From: Rickettsiales bacterium
GTDB lineage: Bacteria; Pseudomonadota; Alphaproteobacteria; Rickettsiales; UBA3002
Reading direction: 5' to 3'
Assembly: GCA_046154225.1 (NCBI GenBank)
Contig: JBJXEM010000007.1
Coordinates: forward strand, 859-64,858
Length of the DNA stretch: 64,000 bases
Shown one piece after another: positions 8,081 through 17,861 of this stretch. The notes beneath the pieces were generated by a model. The model was not told the origin of the DNA. It worked only from the letters and a program-made list of their open reading frames with translations, and searched no databases. Every line of letters starts with the position of its first letter. Position 1 is the first letter of the stretch. The translations under genes and the position numbers were made by a program.

Positions 8081-10410
8081 CGCCCGGCTCCATCGCGTCT
8101 GATTTCAACGTCATCGCGCGCGGGGGACTGTTTAATGAGCTTCTGCTCACCTCGCAATGTGGTCTGCGCCGAAAGATAGGCATCCATCAGCTTATTTTGT
8201 ACCGCTTTGACGGAAGCGCGGTCGCCATCGTCACTCGTGTCGGGCTTTGCATACAAACGATCGTGCGGAATCCATAAGGCGGCCTTGGTGGTGAGCAGCC
8301 TTCTTGCCTCCTCCACCACGGTTTCTTCGCCGGATTCGCGTGGGGCCGAGGTTGTTTGGCCGCGGTCGTAACTGACGAGTTCGGGCGGCGCAAAGTTTGT
8401 GTTGATCGGGTCGCGGGTTTGCTCGCCAGCGTTGCGTGCCGACGGGTCGACCCCCATGTCATGCAGCGCAACCAACCGCGCCAGCGCCACTGCCTGCTCG
8501 GTCGCCACCACATTCGAAAGTGCCGCACGGCGCACTTCCTGCGTTAAAAGCTGGATGTCGGTGAGCAGTGTTTCAGGTGTTTTCAGGTCGGCGGCGCTGA
8601 ACACATCCAACGTCGATTGCGCGCCTGTCGGGCGTTCGATCATGCCGGCCTGAATCAGCCTTGCCCGCACACGCAACTGCACCAGGTCGTTCGAACGTTG
8701 CCACCCCTCCTGAAACACCGCCTTGTCCACATTGCGGTCGAGGTATTTCATCTGCAGCGCGAGGCGCAGTTGCGGGCTAGTTTTGCCTGCCCCAGGTTCG
8801 GCGATAAATCCTTCGGGCCGCATGCGTTCAATGGTGCTGGCGATACGCAGAAAGCTTGGGGTGCTGACCACAATTTTATGTGGGTTTTTTGCTTTTATCT
8901 CTGCCTGTAACGTTTCCGCTTCGCGCAAGTTGGCCGAAATGATTTCTGCCGTTTCGCGGCCCAGTGCCCCGGCGAGCTCATCCATGTTGTCGACGCCCAT
9001 CGCGTCGGCCCGTTCGGCACCGTATTTGCCGCGTTTGAGATCGGCGAACACCATCGTCGCCATCGGGTGGCCGGTGGGGTAAAGCCCGGTTTCGCTAGCG
9101 CCGATGGCAAACGGCAGTGCCAGCCGCTCCCACTTTTGAAGCTTGCCATACACATCATCTTCGAACATTTTCGACTGTGCGCGCTTTTCGAAGAACCGCT
9201 CGTAACTGTCGAACACGCGCTGGGGCCGCGCCTCGATATCGGCGTGTTTTGCACGCAGCGAATCCGAAGGCAACACCGAGAGAATGCTGTAGGCGTTGGC
9301 CGAAATCCTGTCGGCCACTTGTTTACATGCATCGAGCAGTTTAGCCGATAATTTACGAGGCTTTGCCTGAGCCGCGATGCGATATCCTTCCGGCAAATCA
9401 TCCAATCGCATCAACGACGCGCATTGGTTTTTCAGAATCGGCAGCAGCTCGGCCTTCAGCGCATCCATCGCGGCGAGCTCCTCGGGCGAGCGGTTCTGTA
9501 ACGTCGGGTGCAACTTGCGCCCTTCGGCCGGAATTTTTCCGGCACGAATCTCATCATCGAGCGTAAAAACCTGTGCCAACGCCGTAGCAGCTTCGCGCGG
9601 CTCGAACCCTTTGCCGAGCTGGTATTTCAGCATTTCAGCCAATTTTTCGGTGCGCCATAGCAACGACACGGGTTTGCCTTCTAGGTCGCGCACGTCCATG
9701 TCGGCATCCGGGCGCGATTCCAGCTGACCTGCCTGAATCAACACCCCGCGCATCATTTCCCAAATCGAGTTGCGCGAGAAATTCCAGTCGCCGTCGAGCA
9801 CCATCATCTTGCAGCGATCGATGACGGGGTACCAAAAGGCCATAAAATCTTCTTCTTCATAGCGCTGGCCTTTGGCGAATCCGCGGTCGCTCAGGGCACG
9901 CACTGCCCCCTCGCGCACTACGGGTGCCACCACCATTTTGTCGGCATACATGCGGCTGACGATGGCCGCGCGACGGAGGTTATCGTCTTTGTTCTGCTCG
10001 ATCGCATGCTTCACCAGCGTGCCGGCCAAACGCTCATCGGATTTATAGGTGGATTCGTCCCACTCACGATTGCCCGTGGCGCGCGAGCGATTTTTTCTAT
10101 CCAGCAGCTCGTGCATGCGCAGGCCGGAAGAAATGCCGCACGGTACATAAATCATATCGGCGTCTTGTGCGATTTCATGAAACGCGACCGCCTCAACCGT
10201 GACGCAGGCACGGGTAATTTTGGATTTAGGGTTGATCAGGCGGTTGAAATAGCTGCGCGAGCCGTCGTTACTGACGCCAAAACCGTCGAACCGGTCGGGC
10301 TTGATGCTGCCCTTGAAATACCCGCCAATCCACTCGAATAATTGCTTTTTGGGTGCGGCTTGCGGCGCATTCGTATCGTCTTGCGGTGCATCCAGTTCCG
10401 TGTTGGCCAT
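8077..10410 (-). CDS. large hypothetical protein; N-terminal region with DUF4406 / nucleoside 2-deoxyribosyltransferase-like signature
   Basis: ORF 8077-10488. I prefer the start at ATG 10410 (MANTELD..., GAGGGTG upstream). MIYVPCGISSG ... EEDFMAFWYPVIDRCKMMVLDGDWNFSRNSIWEM fits the IYIAGxxxG ... DW-x2-S-x5-E pattern of DUF4406/NDT-like proteins. This pattern is recalled from memory and needs a profile search. Confidence 0.6.
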   Translation of the reverse strand: MANTELDAPQDDTNAPQAAPKKQLFEWIGGYFKGSIKPDRFDGFGVSNDGSRSYFNRLINPKSKITRACVTVEAVAFHEIAQDADMIYVPCGISSGLRMHELLDRKNRSRATGNREWDESTYKSDERLAGTLVKHAIEQNKDDNLRRAAIVSRMYADKMVVAPVVREGAVRALSDRGFAKGQRYEEEDFMAFWYPVIDRCKMMVLDGDWNFSRNSIWEMMRGVLIQAGQLESRPDADMDVRDLEGKPVSLLWRTEKLAEMLKYQLGKGFEPREAATALAQVFTLDDEIRAGKIPAEGRKLHPTLQNRSPEELAAMDALKAELLPILKNQCASLMRLDDLPEGYRIAAQAKPRKLSAKLLDACKQVADRISANAYSILSVLPSDSLRAKHADIEARPQRVFDSYERFFEKRAQSKMFEDDVYGKLQKWERLALPFAIGASETGLYPTGHPMATMVFADLKRGKYGAERADAMGVDNMDELAGALGRETAEIISANLREAETLQAEIKAKNPHKIVVSTPSFLRIASTIERMRPEGFIAEPGAGKTSPQLRLALQMKYLDRNVDKAVFQEGWQRSNDLVQLRVRARLIQAGMIERPTGAQSTLDVFSAADLKTPETLLTDIQLLTQEVRRAALSNVVATEQAVALARLVALHDMGVDPSARNAGEQTRDPINTNFAPPELVSYDRGQTTSAPRESGEETVVEEARRLLTTKAALWIPHDRLYAKPDTSDDGDRASVKAVQNKLMDAYLSAQTTLRGEQKLIKQSPARDDVEIRRDGAGR

Positions 10411-10578
10411 TTCACCCTCGCAGCACTTCGTTGACACCGAAGGAGTGGCAAAGATTTGTGACAGTCGCGTGACGGTTGCCATGCTCAAACCTCATGGCAG
10501 CCATACCCGTTTTGCAACTATTGACTTTTCCCTGCATGGCTGCGACGCAAGGCTCGAATTTTACAAAAGGAGAAGCGA

Positions 10579-11595
10579 ATGCGTTATCCACAAGCACAAA
10601 AAATAGGCACGATGGGCGACGAAATTGATCTGCCCGCGTTCGATGCAATGATTGACCGTGCACGCGAAAAATTTCGCGCTTTGGCGCAGCGCAATCCGGC
10701 ACTGTTTGGTGGCAGCAACAACCCGCGCCTTGCACTCACCATTAACGAGGACGCTTCGCGCGGCACCATCGCCGTGCCTCAGGGCATTGACGTCAGCTCA
10801 ACGCAAGGGCTCATGCAAGCTGTCGACTTAACGGAGCTGAAACAGACCGCAATAGCCGAGGACATAAAAACCATCGCCGCCCATGCGCATACCAAAAAAG
10901 CCGCCACCGTGTGCGTGCGCCCTGAATTTGTGGCACTGGTGAAAAGCGTCACCGACGACAACCCTCCGCCCATCGCCGTGGTGGGCTTCCCTTTCGTGCC
11001 CGACCCCACCAGTGCTACACAGGCGGTGCTCGAACAAACCCGCTCTGCTATTGAAGCAGGCGCACGCGAAATCGACATGGTGCTCGCCATGAACTTCAAA
11101 GACGGCACGCCCGATTATGCCGCGCATTACGATTACATTCGCCAGATCGTGGAGGAAGCCAGCAAAAGCGGCGTGCAAGTCAAAGTGATTCTGGAAACCG
11201 CCTACCTCAGCGACGAGCAGAAAGTAGAAGCCAGCATGATCGCGAAAATGGCCGGTGCCACGTTCGTCAAAACCTCGACCGGCTTCGCCCGCGACGAGCT
11301 GATGCATCCGGACGTACCACTCACGCAAAAAGGCGCCACCGTGCACGATGTGGCACTCATGCGCCGCACCGTGGGCGATACCACCTGCGACGATGCCGGA
11401 AAGCCAACGCCCATGGGCGTAAAAGCTTCGGGCGGCGTGCGTACCCGCGAACAAGCCATCGCCCTGTATGAGGCAGGCGCGAGCCGAATCGGGGCCAGCG
11501 GTGGCATCGACCTGCGCACCCGGCCCGAAGCACGGGCAGACAGTCGCAATGCCCAGCAATCTGACGGCCCGCAGAGCGGCCTGAGTGCGTATTGA
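10579..11595 (+). CDS. deoC: deoxyribose-phosphate aldolase with ~95-aa N-terminal extension
   Basis: AAGGAG lies 6 nt upstream of the ATG. Motifs: VCVRPEFV, VVGFPFV, REIDMVLAMN, VKVILETAYL (catalytic Lys), FVKTSTGFA (Schiff-base Lys), GVKASGGVRT. Confidence 0.85.
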   Translation: MRYPQAQKIGTMGDEIDLPAFDAMIDRAREKFRALAQRNPALFGGSNNPRLALTINEDASRGTIAVPQGIDVSSTQGLMQAVDLTELKQTAIAEDIKTIAAHAHTKKAATVCVRPEFVALVKSVTDDNPPPIAVVGFPFVPDPTSATQAVLEQTRSAIEAGAREIDMVLAMNFKDGTPDYAAHYDYIRQIVEEASKSGVQVKVILETAYLSDEQKVEASMIAKMAGATFVKTSTGFARDELMHPDVPLTQKGATVHDVALMRRTVGDTTCDDAGKPTPMGVKASGGVRTREQAIALYEAGASRIGASGGIDLRTRPEARADSRNAQQSDGPQSGLSAY

Positions 11596-11736
11596 TACGG
11601 TTTACGCTTTACGCGACCCAGCGAGCCTAAGTAAATAAGTCAATGCTTAAGCAGGGTGACTATTCTTCACGGAACTGTCACATCATCTTGTTTTTACACC
11701 CGCTATACTCGTCTCGAATCAGGCATTGGGTAGGGT

Positions 11737-14700
11737 GTGGCCAAAGTAAAAACAGATAAAATTGAGACTAAAATCGCCACATTAAAGTCATTCTTTAATG
11801 CGGGAGGGTTGCAAATCGTTGCCGAGCCCAAACGCTGGTCCTATCCCAGCCCTTATGCCCCCGATCCCAATCCCAAAGACAATTACTACGCCATTTACGG
11901 TCCGCCCCTCACGCTCGATGCGTTGCAAAACAGCGGCCTTCTTTCCGAATCGGAGCTGAGGCCGCGCGTCGATAGCAAAACCGAAAGCAAGGCCTATCTG
12001 GATAGTGATCTCGCGCTGGCATTTTTGAAAAAATACCCGGAACTTAAAACCGAAACACCAAACCGCCTATTCGCCCTGAGGAATGACGCGCAGGAGCCGA
12101 CCCTCGCCTGTTTCGACACAGGCAGGCCCATCGAAGGCGACACGCACGCCGATGGCACCAAACCCGACAAGCTATCGTACCTGCTTCTCAGTGCCAGCGA
12201 TGCACGGCGTTTCGAACCAGCACTTAAGCGTCTAACGGTCGATGGTCCACGACAGTATATTACCGCCATCCATCACAAGCGCGAAGTGGGCGAATTTATG
12301 ATTCTGCCAATCCGTCACTCGATGGTGGAAAGCATCCGGCGGGCCAATCCCGGATTGATTGATCTGCAACCTGACGAGTTCGACATAGCGCAGGCGCAAG
12401 GCGCCGATATGGCAACAGCCATGCTGCATATCATAGCGAACCTGAAAGGTGACACACGGTTTGAGAAAGAACCGAAAACAAAAACCATTCACCCCAATGC
12501 ACGAGCCGCGCGCGAGCCTCAGCCAGAATTTGAGCCGCTCACCCTCGCCGATTTTCTCGGCAAACTAAAGCCGCACATTCAAGGCTTTCGGCGTATCGAG
12601 CAATTTAACGGCAGCTTTGATACAACCATGAGCGTCAATGGCAGCGCAAAATTGGCCGAACTGATAAAACGCCAAAGCACGCAAGCTAACGATCTTTCAT
12701 TCACGCCAATCCTGCAACATTCCAAGACCGTGGCTTATAAAATCAATCAGGCCACCTACGATGCCCTAAACCCATTGATCAATGGCACCACGATTACCGA
12801 GCATCTCGGCCAACAGAAATTCAATCCAAACTGGACGCAGCCTACCAACATAAAATACCTGAAGCCAAAACGCGATATCCCGCCTGCGCCAACACTAAAA
12901 AGCATTAAAACGCCAGCAGAAGAATACGATCTGGTCTCAGAATCCGTGTATTCGCTGCGCCTTGCATGTAACAGCGACGGCTCCCTTGAGCAGCATTGGT
13001 TGATCGCCGAGCTGGACAGCCCGCGCCGCGGTTTGGTGCTCGCGGAAAAAATGAGCATCGCGCCGGCGAAAGTTTCGGTGCTGACAGCCGAAAATGAAAA
13101 ACCCACCTTAATCCGCATCCCCATCAGCGCCGCTATTGCCGAAAGCCTGCGTGATGACGATGCCAAGCGGGAAACAGATAAGTCACGCGCCAAGGAAATG
13201 CGCATCGATTCGCAAGAAGCCCCCTACGATTCTCTGGAAGCACTAGACGCGGAGCAGCGCAGCCGCGCTGGCGTGACGGAGTCGCTACCCAAAAGCGCAA
13301 AAACACCTGAACCCACCGCTGAACCTGAAGCTGCCACCCACTCCGAAGAAACCATTCGCGCCGACGCCGAGAAATTGCTTTTCCTGAACCAGCCTGCCTT
13401 CGCGGCGCAGCGCGCAATTCACGTCGCGTCCTATGTCTGGACGGTGATTCATGAGAACTACTCCGACATCCCGGGTAAGCATGCGGATTTACAAACGCAG
13501 CTACGCAACGGGCGCGCGTTTCTGGGCATAAAAATACCTAAAACCGACGCGCCTGAATTCGAAAGTGCGCTGAAACATGTTGGTTTTCACGGACCCGTCG
13601 ATCGGCGCCTGACGTTAGTAGGCTCGGCAGGTCAGGACCAGGTTTATAAGCTGTCGCTTGGCAAGCTCGATGCGCTCGCCTTTGAAAAATACCTCACGCC
13701 TGAACATGCGCTGGAAAATGGCTTGGGAAGCAAGCTGGGCTTTTCTTCACAAACCACGTTTCAAAATACCCTCAAATCGCATTTCGGGGTTACTGAAAAA
13801 ACAAAAGAAGAACCGACTGACACCTACGCCGAAGCCTGGTCGCAGCTCGCCAAACTCGCACAAAAAGGCGATCTGAAATACGCGCAGGTGCGCTATGATG
13901 AAGAAACGATTGCCAAGGCGCTTCACGATTTGCAGGCCGACCTCGATCACCTGAAAGAGGTGGCGGCTCGCGCCGAAACACAAACTACACCCGACAACGA
14001 AAAAACGGAAAACCCATTGGCCGCCCTCAGCCCCGCCATTATGCGTCAGGGGGCCAAACTTTACACACTAAAACGCCATCACGAAGGTCGCCTGAATGCG
14101 CTTCGGATTCAAATTGAAACCATGGAAAAAGAAATCAGCACGTTTCGTGATTGGGTCGAGGCGCAACCGCGTACAATCAACGGCGATATTCTGGTCACGA
14201 ATCTGGTACTCCCCGATCCGGGAAGCAATATCATCAACCATCTGAACACGCTGAGAGCGCAGCTTTATAAGCCACCCGGAGCCAAGGAAGAAAAGAAAGA
14301 GAAAGGGGATAAAAAAGAAAAAAACCCCGGCGTTCAGCTTTTCCCCGATCCATTGGAGCATGTGCAAAAAGCCATGGCCGATAAAATAATCATGGCGGGG
14401 AATCGTGAGGTGTTGCAACCCCGCGAGGTGATACTCGTACCCGTTATCCCGCAATTTTTTGATGTGTTACGTATCCACGCGCCCGAAATTGAAGTCGCCG
14501 CACTCGCACCCAAACCGCTTAGCCGTGCCCGACTCCTGCAGTCGTTACGCAGCATGTTTTATGTCGAACCACCTGCGAAAGTAGAGATAGAAAAAGACCG
14601 TTCGTATGATGCAGTGGCCTCGGTGCGTGAAACCCTGCCACGGCGAGATGAATTACTTAATTGCCGCGATATCCTGCGCTACGCCACTCTGGTCGAGGGG

Positions 14701-15627
14701 CACGCGCATGAAAATCTGGCCGCCAAGACCGTAACCCGCAGGCGCGACGATGGCCGCGTGTTCGCGCGCAAGGAAGTGCTGGGCGAGCGCATCGGCGAAC
14801 AGCATGCCGCCATGTTCCACATCCGCGACGCGCGCGACTGGAAACGCGCAGAAATTTTATTAAAAAGACTCACGGCAGCCGATTGGCTCAAAAATCGTGA
14901 GCGCTATGGCGGGCTTATTGAAGCGCCTTTGCCCGACGATCTGCAAGCTGCGATCAATCAGCGCGATCACGCCACGCGGCAGATTGAATGCATTGAAAAC
15001 GATGACCTTCTTTTCCATCTTCAGCAGGTGGCAATAGGTAAAGGCACGGAATTCTCTTTGCCGCATGCACGCGTAGCAGCAAGGGCGCTGTGCGAAGCGG
15101 TCGAGTACGATGAAGATGCGGAAAAAATCCGAGATTTACTACAAACGGATGGCGACATTGATGACACGAAACTCGCCTCGGCCCACGGAAAGCTGGAAGC
15201 AATTTTCAATGAACTCCGCACGCGCCGTAACGAAGCGCAGGAGCGCGTGATTCAGCTCGGCATACACTATAAAATCCCCGAAACCGATGCACGTATGGCA
15301 CCGGAAATTATCGCCGATGAGGCGCCGCTCGCTTACCTGCCCGGTGAGGAACATGGCGTTGCGCTCTCGCAACTGGCCGAATTAATGCCCAAACTACCGG
15401 GCGATGAATCTGTCAGTTTCGTGGTTTACCTCGGGCTCGACGATAAGCGTGAGCCCGACCGGCAGATGATGGCTGCCATGCAGTCTTTTCGCCCGGCGCC
15501 GGATTCTGCAGGTGTACGCTCAGCCAAAGCCATCGAAGAAAAATATGGCCGCACCAGCGGTAACACCCTCGATGAGTGGTTTGCCGAGCGTGGCAAACAT
15601 TTCGGAGTCAGCGGCGAACTCGCATAG
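11737..15627 (+). CDS. hypothetical protein (1296 aa), no recognisable domain
   Basis: Long uninterrupted ORF with a GTG start (gtg gcc aaa gta). It has a K/E-rich low-complexity patch (PGAKEEKKEKGDKKEKNPG). No signal peptide or TM segment is seen. Confidence 0.65.
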   Translation: MAKVKTDKIETKIATLKSFFNAGGLQIVAEPKRWSYPSPYAPDPNPKDNYYAIYGPPLTLDALQNSGLLSESELRPRVDSKTESKAYLDSDLALAFLKKYPELKTETPNRLFALRNDAQEPTLACFDTGRPIEGDTHADGTKPDKLSYLLLSASDARRFEPALKRLTVDGPRQYITAIHHKREVGEFMILPIRHSMVESIRRANPGLIDLQPDEFDIAQAQGADMATAMLHIIANLKGDTRFEKEPKTKTIHPNARAAREPQPEFEPLTLADFLGKLKPHIQGFRRIEQFNGSFDTTMSVNGSAKLAELIKRQSTQANDLSFTPILQHSKTVAYKINQATYDALNPLINGTTITEHLGQQKFNPNWTQPTNIKYLKPKRDIPPAPTLKSIKTPAEEYDLVSESVYSLRLACNSDGSLEQHWLIAELDSPRRGLVLAEKMSIAPAKVSVLTAENEKPTLIRIPISAAIAESLRDDDAKRETDKSRAKEMRIDSQEAPYDSLEALDAEQRSRAGVTESLPKSAKTPEPTAEPEAATHSEETIRADAEKLLFLNQPAFAAQRAIHVASYVWTVIHENYSDIPGKHADLQTQLRNGRAFLGIKIPKTDAPEFESALKHVGFHGPVDRRLTLVGSAGQDQVYKLSLGKLDALAFEKYLTPEHALENGLGSKLGFSSQTTFQNTLKSHFGVTEKTKEEPTDTYAEAWSQLAKLAQKGDLKYAQVRYDEETIAKALHDLQADLDHLKEVAARAETQTTPDNEKTENPLAALSPAIMRQGAKLYTLKRHHEGRLNALRIQIETMEKEISTFRDWVEAQPRTINGDILVTNLVLPDPGSNIINHLNTLRAQLYKPPGAKEEKKEKGDKKEKNPGVQLFPDPLEHVQKAMADKIIMAGNREVLQPREVILVPVIPQFFDVLRIHAPEIEVAALAPKPLSRARLLQSLRSMFYVEPPAKVEIEKDRSYDAVASVRETLPRRDELLNCRDILRYATLVEGHAHENLAAKTVTRRRDDGRVFARKEVLGERIGEQHAAMFHIRDARDWKRAEILLKRLTAADWLKNRERYGGLIEAPLPDDLQAAINQRDHATRQIECIENDDLLFHLQQVAIGKGTEFSLPHARVAARALCEAVEYDEDAEKIRDLLQTDGDIDDTKLASAHGKLEAIFNELRTRRNEAQERVIQLGIHYKIPETDARMAPEIIADEAPLAYLPGEEHGVALSQLAELMPKLPGDESVSFVVYLGLDDKREPDRQMMAAMQSFRPAPDSAGVRSAKAIEEKYGRTSGNTLDEWFAERGKHFGVSGELA

Positions 15628-15628
15628 G

Positions 15629-15862
15629 CTACGACGCTACTTTTTTCAAAAAGCACGTCTTCAGCACCAGACCTTTAATTTTCTCGACGCGGCATTCCAC
15701 CTCTTCCGCGTTATGTGTGAGGCGAATATTTTTCACCATCGTGCCGCGTTTGAGGGTGATGGAGGTGCCCTTCACCGGCAAATCCTTGATGAGCGTGACC
15801 GCGTCGCCATCGACGAGAACCGCGCCGTTGCTATCTTTTACCGTGAAATCATCGTCGGTCAT
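15629..15862 (-). CDS. PhnA/YjdM C-terminal-domain protein (77 aa)
   Basis: VKDSNGAVLVDGDAVTLIKDLPVKGTSITLKRGTMVKNIRL is typical of the PhnA domain. The N-terminal zinc ribbon is absent. Confidence 0.7.
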   Translation of the reverse strand: MTDDDFTVKDSNGAVLVDGDAVTLIKDLPVKGTSITLKRGTMVKNIRLTHNAEEVECRVEKIKGLVLKTCFLKKVAS

Positions 15863-15922
15863 TGGGCTGCCTTGGGTTGGGGTGCGCCAGTGTTATAGCG
15901 CCTGCCGAATGCAGGCACAAGC

Positions 15923-17773
15923 CTAGCCCAACGCTTCTTCGTGGCGACGAATGACGGCGATGAACGCGGCACCGTAGCGCGCAAGCTTCGCATCACCCAC
16001 GCCGCTGATACCGCGTAGCTCCTCGGCATCCCTCGGTTTGCGCTGGGCGAATTCGGCGAGGGTTTTGTCGTGAAAAATCACATAAGGCGGCACGTTATGT
16101 TCGCGCGCGAGCGCGAGGCGCGCGGCTTTTAGCGCGTCGAATAATGTGGCATCCGCCGGGTTCGCCGCGAGGTTCGTGCGTGCAGCGCGTGGCGCGCGTT
16201 CACGCCGTGCAGGGCGGCCCACATACACGCGTAAATGCAAAGCCTCGCGCGCTTTTAGCCACGCATAACCCGTTTGCGTCACCGATAACCCGCCATGTTC
16301 GGCGATGTCGACATGCAGCAGCCCCAGCGCCACCAGTTGGCGAAAAATATTCTGCCATTCCGGCTTGCTCAGCCCTGCACCCACGCCAAAGGTGGGCAAC
16401 TCGTGGTGGCGAAATTGCGTCATGCGGTCGGACGATTTTCCGAGCAGCACATCGATCAGATACATCACCCCAAAGCGCGAGCCGGTGCGGTGCACGGCGG
16501 AAATGGCTTTTTGCGCAGCGATGGTGGCATCGAACGTGGCGGGGGCGGTGTCGCACGTGTCGCAGTTGCCGCAGGGGGGTGCGCCGCCGTCGCCGAAATA
16601 ATGCAGCATGATCTGGCGGCGACAGCTGGCCGCTTCGCACAAGCCCAACAGCGCGTTCAATTTCTGGTGCTCGACGCGTTTTTGGATGTCCGGCGCATTG
16701 CCACCATCGATAAAACTGCGCTGCATGGCGGCGTCTTTCATGCCGTACAGCATCAGTGCTTCGGCCGCCTGCCCGTCGCGCCCGGCACGACCGGTTTCCT
16801 GATAATACGCTTCGATGTTTTTGGGGATGCCCAGATGCGCCACAAACCGCACATCGGGCTTATCGATGCCCATGCCGAACGCCACCGTCGCCACCATTAC
16901 CACCGCTTCTTCGCGCTGGAATTGCTGCTGGTGCACCACGCGCAGCCCCTGCTCCATGCCTGCATGATAGGGCAATGCACGAATCCCTTGCTCCACCAGA
17001 AACGCCGCGATTTCCTCGGTCTGCGCGCGGCTGAGGCAATAGACAATGCCGCTTTCGTTCGCATGGGTGGCGATGAAATCGCGCAATTGCTGCTTCGGAT
17101 TTTTTTTGAGGTCGATGCGGTAATGAATGTTGGGGCGGTCGAACCCGGCCACGAAACTGCGGCCTTCATTTAATTGCAACCGCTCCACAATGTCACGGCG
17201 CGTGGGTGCGTCGGCCGTCGCGGTGAGCGCGATGCGTGGCACGTTTGGAAAACGCGTGGCGAGCAGCCCAAGCTCCATGTAATGCGGCCTGAAATCATGC
17301 CCCCATTGCGACACGCAATGCGCTTCGTCGATCGCGAAGAGCGCGAGCGGCGATTGCTCCAGCAGGTCGAGAAAATCCGGCATCAGCAGTCGCTCGGGCG
17401 CGACATACAGCATGTCGAGCGCACCGTTGCGCAGGTCGCGTTTGGCGTTGGCCACTTCCCCCGCATCAATGAGCGAGTTGATGGCCGCGGCGCGAATGCC
17501 CAGCTCGCGCAACGCCGCCACCTGGTCCTGCATCAGCGCAATCAACGGCGAAATCACGATGCCGACGCCTTGCCGGATGAGCGAGGGAATCTGGTAGCAT
17601 AGCGATTTCCCGCCGCCCGTCGGCATCAGCACGAAGGCATGGCCGCCTGCCACCACATGGTCAATCACCGCCGCCTGCTCACCACGAAACGCGCCGTAGC
17701 CGTAGGTGTGCTGCAGGATATGCAGTGGTGTGGGCTGCGCGGATTCCGCTGAGAGTGGTGAAGCAAGTTGCAT
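15923..17773 (-). CDS. recQ: ATP-dependent DNA helicase RecQ
   Basis: [40 protein letters not shown], the zinc-binding CRRQ..CGNCDTC, and a C-terminal HRDC-like region. The start is uncertain: ORF start 17824, with ATG 17773 fitting the E. coli N-terminus better. Confidence 0.9.
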   Translation of the reverse strand: MQLASPLSAESAQPTPLHILQHTYGYGAFRGEQAAVIDHVVAGGHAFVLMPTGGGKSLCYQIPSLIRQGVGIVISPLIALMQDQVAALRELGIRAAAINSLIDAGEVANAKRDLRNGALDMLYVAPERLLMPDFLDLLEQSPLALFAIDEAHCVSQWGHDFRPHYMELGLLATRFPNVPRIALTATADAPTRRDIVERLQLNEGRSFVAGFDRPNIHYRIDLKKNPKQQLRDFIATHANESGIVYCLSRAQTEEIAAFLVEQGIRALPYHAGMEQGLRVVHQQQFQREEAVVMVATVAFGMGIDKPDVRFVAHLGIPKNIEAYYQETGRAGRDGQAAEALMLYGMKDAAMQRSFIDGGNAPDIQKRVEHQKLNALLGLCEAASCRRQIMLHYFGDGGAPPCGNCDTCDTAPATFDATIAAQKAISAVHRTGSRFGVMYLIDVLLGKSSDRMTQFRHHELPTFGVGAGLSKPEWQNIFRQLVALGLLHVDIAEHGGLSVTQTGYAWLKAREALHLRVYVGRPARRERAPRAARTNLAANPADATLFDALKAARLALAREHNVPPYVIFHDKTLAEFAQRKPRDAEELRGISGVGDAKLARYGAAFIAVIRRHEEALG

Positions 17774-17861
17774 GCATGCAGTGGTAGCACATGCGCTGGC
17801 TTGCGCTGCATAAAAAAGGCCCACCGTTTGCGCGGCGGGCCTTTCTGTTGCGTCAAAGCGA

